This document shows, piece after piece, positions 36,454-49,228 of a stretch of DNA of 64,000 nt (its first letter is position 1; each line of letters opens with the position of its first letter). Made by a program: the position numbers and the translations under genes. The notes below the pieces were generated by a model that was not told where the DNA came from, did no database searches, and saw nothing but the letters and a program-made list of their open reading frames with translations. This DNA is from Octopus sinensis (taxonomy: Eukaryota), in assembly GCF_006345805.1 (NCBI RefSeq), contig NC_043007.1, positions 12,524,001-12,588,000 on the forward strand, given 5' to 3'.

Positions 36454-37639
36454 TACTATTAATACTTATTTTTATAACTCCCCTTGCCAGGAGGAGATGA
36501 AGCAAAGTGAACCTATGAGATTTGAACTCAGCACTGCAGATCTAGTTCAAATACTTGCAAATGGAGTTGGCTCTGTAGCAGAACCAGATAGTGGTAATAA
36601 ATCAGGGAGTCAGTTTTGACATAGGAACAAAACTTTAAACCTAGGGAGAAGGGCAATATCAATTACACTGACCTAATATTTTACTGGTACTTTATTTTAA
36701 GGAGAAAAAGCAAATATCATGAACACTAATAAGATTTGAACTCGGAATGTAAAGTGTCACCACAAAGAATTCTTTCTATTACTCTACCAATTCTGCCATT
36801 TCACTTTAAATTTGACTTTAACACATGTTTTAATATTGTATTGTAAGGTGATAAACTGGCAGAAATGTTAGCATGCCAGGTGAAATGTTTAGCGGTATTT
36901 CGCTTGTCTTTACATTCTGAGTTCAAATTCTGCTGAAGCCAGCCTTTCATCCTTTCAGGGTCGATAGGCCAGAGAGCTGTGCCAGGATCTAGTCTGATTT
37001 AGCTTGGTTTCTACAGTAGGATGTCCTTCCTAATGCCAACCACTCCAAGAATGTAGTGGATGCCTTTTATGTGTCACCAGCACTGGCCACAATAACAATT
37101 TCACTTGACTTTACGTGTCTTCTCAAGCACAGCAAATTGCCAAAGGTTTCGATTATTTGTCATTGCCTCTATGGGTCTCAACATCTGAAGATTGTACTTC
37201 ACCACTTTGTCCCATGTCTTCATAGGTCTACCTGTTCCACAGTTTCCCCACCTGAACAGGTCACCAGTCCATCACAGGATTACTCATTTTTGCCAGCTGA
37301 GTGAACTGGAGCAATGTGAAATGAAATGTTTTGCTCAAGAACACAACGCGTCGCCCGGTCCAGGAATCGAAACTGCAATCTTACAATCCAACACCCTACC
37401 CAATAAGCCACATACCTCCACCAAATATCATACAGCTTGGCACCAATTGCTGCAAGAATCCAAAGAACCAGAACTGAATTTGCAAAGCATCTCATTCAAT
37501 GCTCTTAGAATTCTGCCAAGCCAATATGCTGGATTGGTCCATTTTTTTCTCTTAACCCTGAAAGGATGAAAGACAAAGTTAACTTCATTATGATTTGAAC
37601 CCTGAATGCAGAGAATCAGAACTAATGCTGCTAGATATA

Positions 37640-38057
37640 TTTATTTCTTTATTGCTCACAGGGAGCTAAACATAGAGGGGACAAACAAGGACAGACAAAG
37701 GGATTAAGTTGATTACATCGACCCCAGTGCATAACTGGTTCTTATTTAATTGACCCCGAAAGGATGAAAAGTAAAGTCGACCTCAGTAGAATTTGAACTC
37801 AGAATGTAAAGACAGACAAAATACCTGTTTCTTTACTACCCACAAGGGGCTAAACACAGAGAGGACAAACAAGGACAGACACATTGATTAAGTCGATTAT
37901 ATCGACCCCAGTGCATAACTGGTACTTAATTAATCGACCCTGAAAGGATGAAAGGCAAAGTCGACCTCAGCGGAATTTGAACTCAGAATGTAGTGGCAGA
38001 CGAAATACTGCTAAGCATTTTGCCGGCATGCTAAAGTTTCTGCCAGCTCGCTGCCTT
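37640..38057 (-). mobile_element. SINE family A dimer
   Basis: Two body units plus head on the minus strand. Confidence 0.88.
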
Positions 38058-39194
38058 TTCTTGAAACAACAGGGGTTGCCACCACCCCCTGCTGGAGCCT
38101 CGTGGAGCTTTTAGGTGTTTTCGCTCAATAAACACACACAACGCCCGGTCTGGGAATCGAAACCACGATCCTCCGACCGCAAGTTCGCTGCCCTAACCAC
38201 TGGGCCAGTGCATTTCACCCAGTGTGCTAATGATCTGCCAGATCTCTACCTAAGTTATTGCTTGATATATTGTTCAACACTCGAATGGCTCTGCTGAATT
38301 CACTGCCCTTTCTTTACTGCTGATATCTTTGGTAATGAAGTGATTTGGACTAGTGGCTTAAATAATGGTTTTTAACTACGCTGTTGTTCTTGGGGCCCAA
38401 GTCAACTCTGAGTGAACGGGTCAATAATCAAAAGCATTTCATGTGTGACCAAGTCGTCTTATGTTTCTTTGGTATTTCTTTCCTGAAACAGCAGACTACG
38501 TTATTCATGGTGTCCTTCTTGTTTTAAGGCATAATGGTATAATTTGAAACAGATTTGGTTACGATTTTTAGCAGGGTGAACAACTACATAGAAAATATTC
38601 CATTGGGATGTTTATGGCTGTTTTAGGAAAATGGTTTTAAGTCTGGAAGTAAATAAAAGATGTTTGAAGAGGAACAGGTATGACAAGAGAGGATTTAATT
38701 TCCTAGGTTTGGGTCAGAGAGGTACACAATATGTGTGTGTGGTGTGTGCATGTATGTGTGCATGTATGTGAGTGTGTGTATGTGAGTGTGTGTATGTGTG
38801 TGTGTGCACATGTGTGTTCATGCATGCATGTGTGTGTGTGTGTGTGCATATATGTATGTATACGTATTCGTTTTTATGTCCTTTTGTCAATGCTAGCATG
38901 AGTCAGACAGACATAATACTGAAGCATTGTTTCACAACCAGCTGCCCTTCCAGTTGATAGAGCTTACTGTGACGGTGATGGCTAAACAATTCTATGAAGA
39001 TTTTATTGATATTACTCTTTTATACATACACATATATATACATAGGTATGAAGATATATGTTTATGAAGAGAGAGAGAGAGAGAGAATATATATGGAGTA
39101 ACAGAGAGATAGATAGATTAGTATATTTATACAAACATATCAGATAAAACGGAATACAAGCAGAAGGGTGGTACCTGGCAATATATATACATAC

Positions 39195-39240
<46 letters not shown>

Positions 39241-39329
39241 ATATGTGTATATATATATCTATATATATATAGATTTTATATATGTATGTATATATATATG
39301 TGCGTGTATATATATATGTGTGTATATAT

Positions 39330-39366
<37 letters not shown>

Positions 39367-39589
39367 TGTGCTGGTGACAATAAGCACACCCCGGTGTCAA
39401 GCAAATGGCACCCATACCAATGGCATGTAAAAGCACCCATTACACTCACAGAGTGGTTGGCATTAGGAAGGGCATCCAGCCATAGAAAACTATGCCAAAT
39501 CAGACTTGTCTGGTGCAGCCTTCCAGCATGCCAGCCCAGTCAAACCATCCAACCCAAACCAGCATGGAAAATGGACATTAAATGATGAT

Positions 39590-39677
39590 TGATATAGATA
39601 GGTAGATAGATAGAGAGAAAGAGAGAGAGACAGGCAGACAGAGAAACAGATATAGATAGATAGATAGATAGGTAGAT

Positions 39678-39724
<47 letters not shown>

Positions 39725-39791
39725 CAGGCAGACAGAGAAACAGATATATATAGATAGATAGATAGAGAGAGAGAGATGGATAGATGGATGG

Positions 39792-39822
<31 letters not shown>

Positions 39823-39932
39823 GATAGAGAGAGAGAGAGAGATAGATGATAGATAGATAGATAGATAGAGAGAGATAGATTGATAGATAGAGAGAGAGAG
39901 AGAGATGGATAGATAGTAGATAGATAGATAGG

Positions 39933-40009
<77 letters not shown>

Positions 40010-40040
40010 GCATGGATGGATAGGCAGACAGACATAGATA
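39590..40040. repeat. Compound (GATA)n/(GA)n array with a ~100-bp internal duplication
   Basis: GAGACAGGCAGACAGAGAAACAGATAT occurs at ~39625 and ~39720. Confidence 0.92.
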
Positions 40041-40310
40041 TAGATATGTATGTATACACAAACACACACTTGCACACAAACACAAACATACCTCCATGCA
40101 CATATTCAGGTACCTGTAAATGCTTTAATTAAATGTGTTATGTGCATGTCTGTTATGTGTGTGTGTAAGTGAATGCATATATTTTCTTGTGTACGTGAGG
40201 CAATCCCTTTAGCACGGTTGGTTAGCTTTTGACACTCAAAGCTTGCCACCCAGATTTAATCTGCAATGACCTTGGAAAAGCCATAAACACCAAACCCCTT
40301 ATCCCCTTAC

Positions 40311-40462
40311 AGTTCTATATTTAAGAGATGAGGAATTATGTACATTATGTACATTATTTACATTTGACAGATATTTGTCCTCATCTTGTTTGTTGTTAAC
40401 ACAACGTTTCAGCTGATATACTCTCCAGCCTTCTTCAGGTGTCTTGGGGAAATTTCGAACCT
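40311..40462 (-). mobile_element. Penelope-like ~150-bp repeat
   Basis: Homolog of 22048-22200; carries the hammerhead motif. Confidence 0.65.
40398..40443 (-). ncRNA. Minimal type I hammerhead ribozyme motif
   Basis: GACAC-CUGAAGA-A-GGCUG(GAGAGUAUAU)CAGCU-GAAAC-GUU-GUGUU. Confidence 0.6.
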
Positions 40463-40619
40463 GAAGATCAACTAAGCAAAAACAAAAGTTGCGGTTAACA
40501 ACAACAAAAAGCAGAACGCCAATGCCAACAAGGAAGTTGCCACGCTCAATATGCTAAACAGGAATAGGCATGAATGGTATCCAATGGTATGTACCCAATG
40601 CAAATATTTTGTACACAAT

Positions 40620-41158
40620 AGGTGCAGGAGTGGCTGTGTGGTAAGTAGCTTGCTTACCAACCACATGGTTCCGGGTTCAGTCCCACTACGTGGCACCTTG
40701 GGCAAGTGTCTTCTACTATAGCCTCGTGCTGACCAAAGCCTTGTGAGTGGATTTGGTAGAGGGAAACTGAAAAAAGGCCATCGTATATATGTATATATAA
40801 ATAACAATAGGGTAATAAGAAACCATTATTACCAGTGGCCGAGCACAAAAACGAATTAGTCATTAGAGAATTTATCCTTATTTGGTGGTTTGAGTTTTCT
40901 ACTGCTCTTTCTATATATATATATGTATGTATGAGTGTATATATGTTTGTATGTCTGTGTTTGTCCCCCCAACATTGCTTGACAACCGATGCTGGTGTGT
41001 TTACGTCCCCATAACTTAGCGGTTCGGCAAAAGAGACCAATAGAATAAGTACTAGGCTTACAAAGAAAAAGTCCTGGAGTTGATTTGCTCGACTAAAGGT
41101 GGTGCTCCAGCATGGCCACAGTCAAATGACTGGAACAAGTAAAAGAGCAAAAGAGAAT
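40620..41158 (+). mobile_element. Full-length SINE B, interrupted near 40800-40910
   Basis: Head, CORE-like block and tail are all present. Confidence 0.88.
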
Positions 41159-41951
41159 AGGAGTAGTGACATGTCTGACAAGCTAACGAGGAAGAAGGAG
41201 TTAATATGTCGTAGATGCACAAGGAAAAGTAGTTAACGGTGGGAGCACTGAGGAAATGGCTCCATTCACGTTCCTAGAAAGCTTGCCAAGAGCAGGAGAT
41301 AGGTTCCCTTACCTGCGTAATCTAATCAGCAGTGGATGTGAATTGCAAAAAGCACCATAGCCGGAGTAAGGGTGGATGTTGGAAACAAGACCTTTATGTA
41401 TATACGTGTGTGCATGTGCACGCGTGTGTGAGAGTGTGTGCACGTGTGTGTGTCTGCATGTGCGTGCATATGTGTGCATGTGCGTGTATGTACATACATA
41501 CATACAGACAGCATCGTTTAACGTCTGGCTTTTATGCTAGCATGGGTGGGACTACATAATACATACATATATATATATATATATAATATATATATTTATG
41601 TATATATATAATATATATATATGTATGTATATATATATAGTATATATATATATATATATATACATATAGATAGTATGTATATATATATATAATATGCACA
41701 CACACATATACACTTACAAATAAATATGTGTTTGTGTGTGTGTGTATGTGTGTATTATATATACATGAATACATACATGCACATATTTATCTAATATAGT
41801 ATCATGTGTGTGCATATGTATGTAATATATTTTATAATATTATTTATATATATATTATATATATATATATATATATATTATATATCATATATATATATGC
41901 ATATATATATATATATATATATAATATTATAATGCACATGTGTGTGTTGTG

Positions 41952-41984
<33 letters not shown>

Positions 41985-42359
41985 CGGTGTGATGTAATAT
42001 AGTATTACACATGAAAAGATAAAGGGTGACATAGCGAAAATAGAAATAGGAAGGTGGATTTGAGATAAAACAAGTGAAAAATATGATTGTGGAATATTTT
42101 AGTTTCTCTTAAATGTTTTCAAAAGGAAATCAACAAAAGTACAAACCCACATACAAAACACACGCATACAAACACACACGTGCATACATATTTTTATATA
42201 CAAATATACACATCTAAGGACAAAAATAGAGAAACGAGAGATTGTGAATACAAGAGAAAGAAAACTTTGAAATAGTCATACATCAAATATAAACAGAATG
42301 CTAGGTGGAGGGAAAACAGTTTAGGCTGTTATTATAACAAAAGATTATACACTTATGAA

Positions 42360-42752
42360 TCTATATATATAAAGCTGAAGTTGTCTGTGTGTATGGTAGG
42401 TTTGGTAGCTTTCAACTAACACTATCTCCTCCGAGACCCTGTGACGCAAGTTGACCAAAATTGAGAGTATGATAGAAGAAGGCTTGCTCTTCCTTCCGTA
42501 GAAGAAAAAAATTCAAATCGGACCATGTTAAGACCAAAAATTATTTACATCAAAAAGGTGCTTATTTTCTATGAAAATCCCTATTTTTTGCGATTTTTTG
42601 ACTGTTGTGTCACCATTTTTCGGTGTATTTCAACCAGAAAAATGTTCACTTAAAGAGAATAACAAGCTACATAATGCAAAATTTTTACTTTTCAAAAATT
42701 CCAATTCTAAAGGGTCGAAACAAACCCGAGCAATGCCGGGCGATACTGCTAG
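42360..42752 (+). mobile_element. Non-autonomous Helitron (~390-bp family)
   Basis: A|TCTATATATATAAAGCTGAAG ... CCCGAGCAATGCCGGG ... CTAG|T. Confidence 0.92.
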
Positions 42753-42929
42753 TAAATAACAGAGGTATGAAAACAAGGAAAAGTGAGGGAGATAGAGACA
42801 GAGACATTGAGAGAAAGGGAGAGACAGCGAGAGACAGCAAGAGAGAGAGAGAAAGTATGACAGACAGGCAAATAGACATACAGACAGACAGGGAAACTGG
42901 ATAACTTGCAAGTTTGAGGAAGAAATTCT

Positions 42930-43345
42930 TCTTATTTCTTTATTGCCCACAAGGGACTAAGCATAGAGGGGACAAACAAGGACAGACAAAGAGATTAAGT
43001 TGATTACATCAACCCCAGTGCGTAACTGGTACTTAATTTATCAACCCCGAAAGGATGAAAGGCAAAATCGACATCGGTAGAATTTGAACTCAGAACGCAG
43101 CGGCAGATGAAATACCTATTTCTTTACTACCCACAAGGGGCTAAACATAGAGGGGACATAGAAGTACAGGCAAAGAGATTAAGTAGATTACATCTACCCC
43201 AGTGCGTAACTGGTACTTAATTTATCGACTCCGAAAGGATGAAAGGCAAAGTCAACCTCAGCGGAATTTGAACTCAGAACATAACAGCAGACAAAATATA
43301 GCTACGCATTTCGCCCGGCATGCTAACGTTTCTGCCAGCTCGCCA
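42930..43345 (-). mobile_element. SINE family A dimer
   Basis: Same structure as the other dimers. Confidence 0.88.
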
Positions 43346-43759
43346 CTTCTCAGTCTGGGTGGAGGGAATGAAATAAAAATACCTGTCATGTACTGGGGAT
43401 AAATTTGATTGACTATGTCCCCGTCGCTCACCAAAATTGGTAGCCTTGTGTCAATGTTAGACATATGTATTAACCATCACCACTACCATTGCTACTGTCA
43501 CTGCTGCCACCATCACCACCACCACCATCATCATCATCATTGTTGTCATGACCATTTTAACGTCCATCAATCAGACGGAATTCAGTGAGGCAGATTTTTT
43601 ATGGCCAGATGCCCCTTCCATCGCAAACTCTCTCCTGTTTCCAAGCAAGGTCATAATTCTCTGTGGCCAGATACGTTTCCATGGAAGATTGGAAAGGAAT
43701 GACATCACTTGCATTATGGTGACACTAACACACACACACACAATGTACATTACTCTTTT

Positions 43760-44290
43760 ACTTGTTTCAGTCATTGGACTGCGGCCATGCTGGAGCACCG
43801 CCTTTAGTCGAGCAAATCGACCCAGAACTTATTCGTTGTAAGCTTAGTACTTATTCTATCGGTCTCTTTTGCCGAACCACTAAGTTACGGAGACATAAAC
43901 ACACCACCATCAGTTGTCAAGCGATGTTGGGGGGGACTAACACAGATACACACACATACATATATATACGACAGGCTTCTTTCAGTTTCTGTCTACCAAA
44001 TCCACTCACAAGGCTTTGGTCGGCCCGAGGCTATAGTAGAAGACACTTGCCCAAGGTGCCACGCAGTGGGACTGAACCCAGAACCATGTGGTTGGTAAGC
44101 AAGCTACTTACCACATAGAAACAAGATTAGTTCCTTTCAGTTTCCGCCTATCAAATCACCTCACAAAACTTTGATCATCCCAGAGCTATAGTAGAAGACA
44201 TTTGCCCAAGGTGCCACGCTGTGGGTCTGAACCCAAGACCACGTGGGTGAGAAGCAAACTTCTTACCAGACAGTCACCCCTGCACCTGTG
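43760..44290 (-). mobile_element. SINE B plus a second B head
   Basis: Reverse-complement B tail, body and head, then a degenerate head. Confidence 0.85.
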
Positions 44291-44562
44291 GTATAGAAGG
44301 GTAACTTCTAAATTCCATCTCATCAGTTGGAGATACTGAAAAACGTAATGAGCTTTTTGTTTTTTTAAAACTAAACCTTGAATTTCATCAAACTTGATAA
44401 GAGTGTGGGATTGACAAAACACCATCAATATTTTCCGAATTGGAGCTGTCAAGCTGAAGAATTTCGATTCCCAGGTGCTGTGAGTGTTTATTGAGCGAAC
44501 ACTCTTAAAGTTCTATGAGGCTCCAGCAGGGGATGGTAGTGAACCCTGCTGTACTTTTATGA

Positions 44563-44965
44563 GGGCGGCGAGCTGTCAGAAACGTTAGCACGCCGGGCGA
44601 AATGCGTAGCCGTATTCCGTCTGAGTTCAAATTCCGCCGAGGTCGACTTTGACTTTCATCCTTTCGGGGTCGATAAATTCAGTACCAGTTACGCACTGGG
44701 GTCGATATAATCGACTTAATCCATTTGTCTGTCCTTGTTTGTCCCCTCTGTGCTTAGCCGCTTGTGGGCAGTAAAGAAATAGGTATTTCGTCTGCCGCTA
44801 CGTTCTGAGTTCAAATTCCGCCGAGGTCGACTTTGTCTTTCATCCTCTCGGGGTCGATAAATTCAGTACCAGTTGCGCACTGGGGTCGATATAATCGACT
44901 TAATCCATTTGTCTGCCCTTGTTTGTCCCCTCTGTGCTTAGCCGCTTGTGGGCAGTAAAAAAATA
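44563..44965 (+). mobile_element. SINE family A dimer (young)
   Basis: CpG-intact head and two near-identical units. Confidence 0.9.
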
Positions 44966-45034
44966 GGTATACACCGTTGCAATCACTGCCCGAACGATTC
45001 TTATGCGACAAACGCCGATTGATTTGAATCCTCT

Positions 45035-45310
45035 AAAAAGAGTGTATCTATCTTTCGGCACCATATTTATTTCAAGTACTGCTTCCCGGGCCTTTCCTTC
45101 GAGTGTTAAAACACTGTTGGGGCTCGTCTTTTCAGTTCTACGCTGGTTGCTAATTCCCAGATCTGCATCTATTTCCTCCATCACTCAGAGTTTTCTGCTT
45201 TCAACGGAAGTGGTGAAAATAATTTCGCAGCCATCTTGTGTTTACGAAACTACGTTCTACGACCAGCGTCAATAACTGAGAAACAACTTTAAAATATAAA
45301 ACAATCAGCT
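45035..45310 (-). mobile_element. LTR-retrotransposon 5' remnant: degenerate primer-binding site plus gag N-terminus (probably copia-type)
   Basis: ATG at 45234 gives MAAKLFSPLPLKAENSE*WRK*MQIWELATSVELKRRAPTVF/TLEGKAREAVLEI; upstream TGGTCGTAGAAC (45254-45265) is 9/12 identical to the iMet site TGGTAGCAGAGC. Confidence 0.55.
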
Positions 45311-46429
45311 GCCTTATTAATTAATTAATTCATTCATTTATTTAAAATCCACAACTGCTTTCTGTTAGCCTCCTGTCGCTTGATCCCTTCACTTTGTTTT
45401 CTCGTTCCTCCATTTCTTCTGATTTTACGTTCCGAGTTCAAATCCCGCCAAGATCATTTTGCCTTTCATCCTTTCGGGTTTGATTAAATAAATCAAGCTC
45501 TGGAATTGATGTAATCGACCAGACCCCTCCTCTAATATTTCAGACCTTCAACCTGTAGCAGAAAGGATTATATGAAGTTCGCTGTAAGTATATTCGGTAA
45601 AATTTTACCGTATATTCGCCATTTTAAAACAAGACTATTTTCACAAGTATTCTGCACTATTTATGAACACAGCATACTGTCATTTAAATATTTGGCATTT
45701 ATTTAATTTTTAATGACAGGGAACATAAAGAAACACCTTTTCTGCAAACAAAGCGATGCTAATTCATCGGCTAGCAATAGGACACACCCTATTTGTTGCA
45801 TCCAGATCGCCTAAAATGCTACAGGTCAATTAGGTGTCTTCTAAGAATTATGCTTAAGGGAGTATATTGTTTGTATAAATATGAGGTTGTTTTCTTTGTG
45901 GGTATGTTTCCTGAGTCCACATATTGAAGAATGGCTGGATATCTGGATATTTATAGAAAAGGGTGGAATTCAGAATTCAAACCATTTACTCTCTCTCTCT
46001 CTTTTTGTGCCATACTCTTTTCTGTCTGTCTGTTTCTCTCTCTCTTCTTGTGTCATACCTTTCTCTCTCTCTCTCTCTCTCTCTCTTGGTGCCATACCCT
46101 TTTCTCTGGCGTCAGCAGTCATCAATCTAATCTTCATACCAAAGAAGGAAGGTTCAGACTTTGGTATGTTCAGAATTTGCGGTTACTTTTTTTCCCATCT
46201 TATTTACAATTTACTTAGCTAGACTCTTTCTCTTCTGAGCTAATCCCTGTGGTATAAGGGCCCATTTAATCTTCAGGCAAAGGAAACTGATTCGCGTATC
46301 AGGGCATGTCTGCACACGAACTAGTCTCGGGAACCTTAGCTAAAAGACCATCTTCTGATATTTCACTCATAACAAGAACCCTTGACAGGTATCACCATCC
46401 CAGACCAGAGTTCCTGAAGTCTTGAACTC

Positions 46430-46489
46430 ATCTCTTTGTGTGTATATGCGTATATGGATGTGAGTATAGATGTGTGTGTGTATGTATAT

Positions 46490-46533
<44 letters not shown>

Positions 46534-46765
46534 ATATAATATATATATATATATGTGTGTGTGTGTGTCCATGTATGAATGTGTGTGTGTGTGTGTGTGT
46601 GTGTGTCCATGTATGAATGTATATGTGTGTGTGTTGTGTGTGTGTGTCCATGTATGAATGTATATGTGTGTATGTATGCATGTATGTTTATGTAGTATGT
46701 ATGAATGTATGTATGCAAGCATATATTATTATAAGTATGTATGCATGCGTGTATATATGTACGTA

Positions 46766-46821
<56 letters not shown>

Positions 46822-47730
46822 TGTATATGTGTGTATGTATGCATGTATGTTTATGTAGTATGTATGAATGTATATGTGTATATATGAATGCATGTATATA
46901 AGTATGTATGTTTATATGAATGTATATATGAATCTATATGTGTATATAAGTATGTATGTATATATGAATGTATATATGAATCTATATGTGTATATAAGTA
47001 TGTATGTATATATGAATGTATATGTGTGTATGTATGCCTGTGTAGTATGTATGAATGTATATGTGTATATATGAATGCATGTATATAAGTATGTATGTTT
47101 ATATGAATGTATATATGCAAGCATATATTATTAAATGTATGTATGCATGAGTGTATATATGTACGAATGTGTATATGTACGTATGAATGTACACATGAAT
47201 ATTTATACGAATGTATATGTGTATATATGAATGCATGTATATAAGTATGTATGTTTATATGAATGTATATATGCAAGCATATATTATTAAATGTATGTAT
47301 GCATGAGTGTATATATGTACGAATGTGTATATGTACGTATGAATATACATATATGAATGTATATATGAATCTATATGTGTATATAAGTATGTATGTTTAT
47401 ATGAATGTATATGTGTATATATGAATGCATGTATATAAGTATGTATGTTTATATGAATGTATATGTGTATATATGAATGCATGTATATAAGTATGTATGT
47501 TTATATGAATGTATATATGCAAGCATATATTATTAAATGTATGTATGCATGAGTGTATATATGTACGTATGAATATACATATATGAATGTATATGTGTAT
47601 ATATGAATGCATGTATATAAGTATGTATGTATATATGAATGTATATGTGTATATATGAGTGCATGTATATACTTATGTATGTACGTGTGTACGTATGTAC
47701 GTACGACGTATATATAGATAGATATACATA
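46430..47730. repeat. Microsatellite-derived minisatellite with ~52-bp and higher-order periodicity
   Basis: Unit ATGAATGTATATGTGTATATATGAATGCATGTATATAAGTATGTATGTTTAT is tandem at 47401-47504 and recurs elsewhere. Confidence 0.88.
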
Positions 47731-48220
47731 AAAGTATGTGTGTGAAAGTTCATGGGGGTTACATAGCAATTAAACTGTGTATATTTATGTACCGACAATT
47801 CAGAGAGGGAGGAAGAACGAACATTACATTTACATTGTATTGTTTAATGACCATACTTGTAACTGTCTAACAAACAACCAGTTATCATTGTGTCAAATAT
47901 CAGGTAAATTGTGTATAGCTTCAGATGTCTCTGGCTATAGTCTTCGCCTCTCTCCGCCTAACATTGTATCTATTTTCTCTAGTCAAAGGTATTTAGGTTA
48001 CTAAAACGAGGATTAGATTGGAGTGATGGATAAAATGTTGTGCAGTGTTTTAGTCACAGCTGTTTTTTTTTATCATAAGCTCAAATCTCACCGGGGTTTA
48101 ATTTTGTTTTTTACTCTTCAAAGATATTTTCATTCAATGAAATTAAAGTACCTGTAAAGTGGTCATGGATCTCATCACAGACTGGTGAACCCTGCTACTG
48201 GTATAATGTAAACTGTAATA

Positions 48221-48629
48221 GGCTGGCAGAAACGTTAGCACGCCAGGCGAAATGCTTAGCGGTATTTCGTCTGCCGTTACGTTGTGAGTTCAAATTCCGC
48301 CGAGGTCGACTTTACCTTTCATCCTTTCGGGGTCGATAAATTAAGTACCAGTTACGCACTGGGGTCGATGTAATCGACTTAATACCTATGTCTGTCCTTG
48401 TTTGTCCCTTCTATGTTTAGCCCCTTGTGGGTAATAAAGAAATAGGTATTTCGTCTGCTGATACGTTCTGAGTTCAAATTCCGCCTAGGTCGACTTTGCC
48501 TTTCATCCTTTCTGGGGTCAATTAAATAAGTACCAGTTACGCACTGGGATCGATATAATCGACTTAATCCGTTTGTCTGTCCTTGTTTGTCCTCTCTGTG
48601 TTTAGCCCCTTGTGGGTAGTAAAGAAATA
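48221..48629 (+). mobile_element. SINE A dimer with 14-bp TSD
   Basis: GGTATAATGTAAAC at 48200-48213 and 48630-48643. Confidence 0.92.
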
Positions 48630-48821
48630 GGTATAATGTAAACAGTATTACCTGTTCCGTGGATGAGTGGTTGGTGATTAAACTGGCTTGAGTAGCTTGC
48701 TTCTCTTGTGAAGATGGGTCTCAACACCGACGAGATTAAAAGCAAGACTTGTCGAAGGACAGACAAGCTCCTTGTGACCCAACGGCCATGCAGATGGGGA
48801 AGGTAATAGCAAACCTTTAAA

Positions 48822-49224
48822 GGCGGCGAGCTGGCAGAAACGTTAGCGCGCCGGGCGAAATGCTTAGAGGTATTTCGTCTGCTGTTACGTTCTGAGTTCA
48901 AATTCCGCCGAGGTCGACTTTGCCTTTCATCCTTTCGGGGTCGATAAATTAAGTACCAGTTCCGCACTGGGGGGGTCGATGTAATCGACTTAATACCTAT
49001 GTCTGTCTTGTTTGTCCCCTCTATGCTTAGCCCCTTGTGGGTAATAAAGAAATAGGTATTTCGTCTGCTGATATGTTCTGAGTTCAAATTCCGCCGAAGT
49101 CGACTTTTCCTTTCATCCTTTCGGGGTCAAATAATTAAGTACCAGTTACGCACTGCGGTCGATATAATCGACTTAATCCGTTTGTCTCCTCTGTGTTTAG
49201 CCCCTTGTGGGTAGTAAAGAAATA
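48822..49224 (+). mobile_element. SINE A dimer with degenerate 14-bp TSD
   Basis: GGTAATAGCAAACC (48802-48815) versus GGTAATGGTAAACC (49225-49238). Confidence 0.88.
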
Positions 49225-49228
49225 GGTA

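Noticed and set aside
45587-45602. Perfect 16-bp palindrome CGGTAAAATTTTACCG
   Set aside because: Mostly an A/T run; it resembles part of the fold-back MITE arm and no function can be inferred.
47925-47988. ATG-initiated hydrophobic 21-mer with an AG|GTATTT donor, resembling a signal-peptide exon
   Set aside because: T-rich DNA yields such peptides by chance, and no downstream partner exon was identified.
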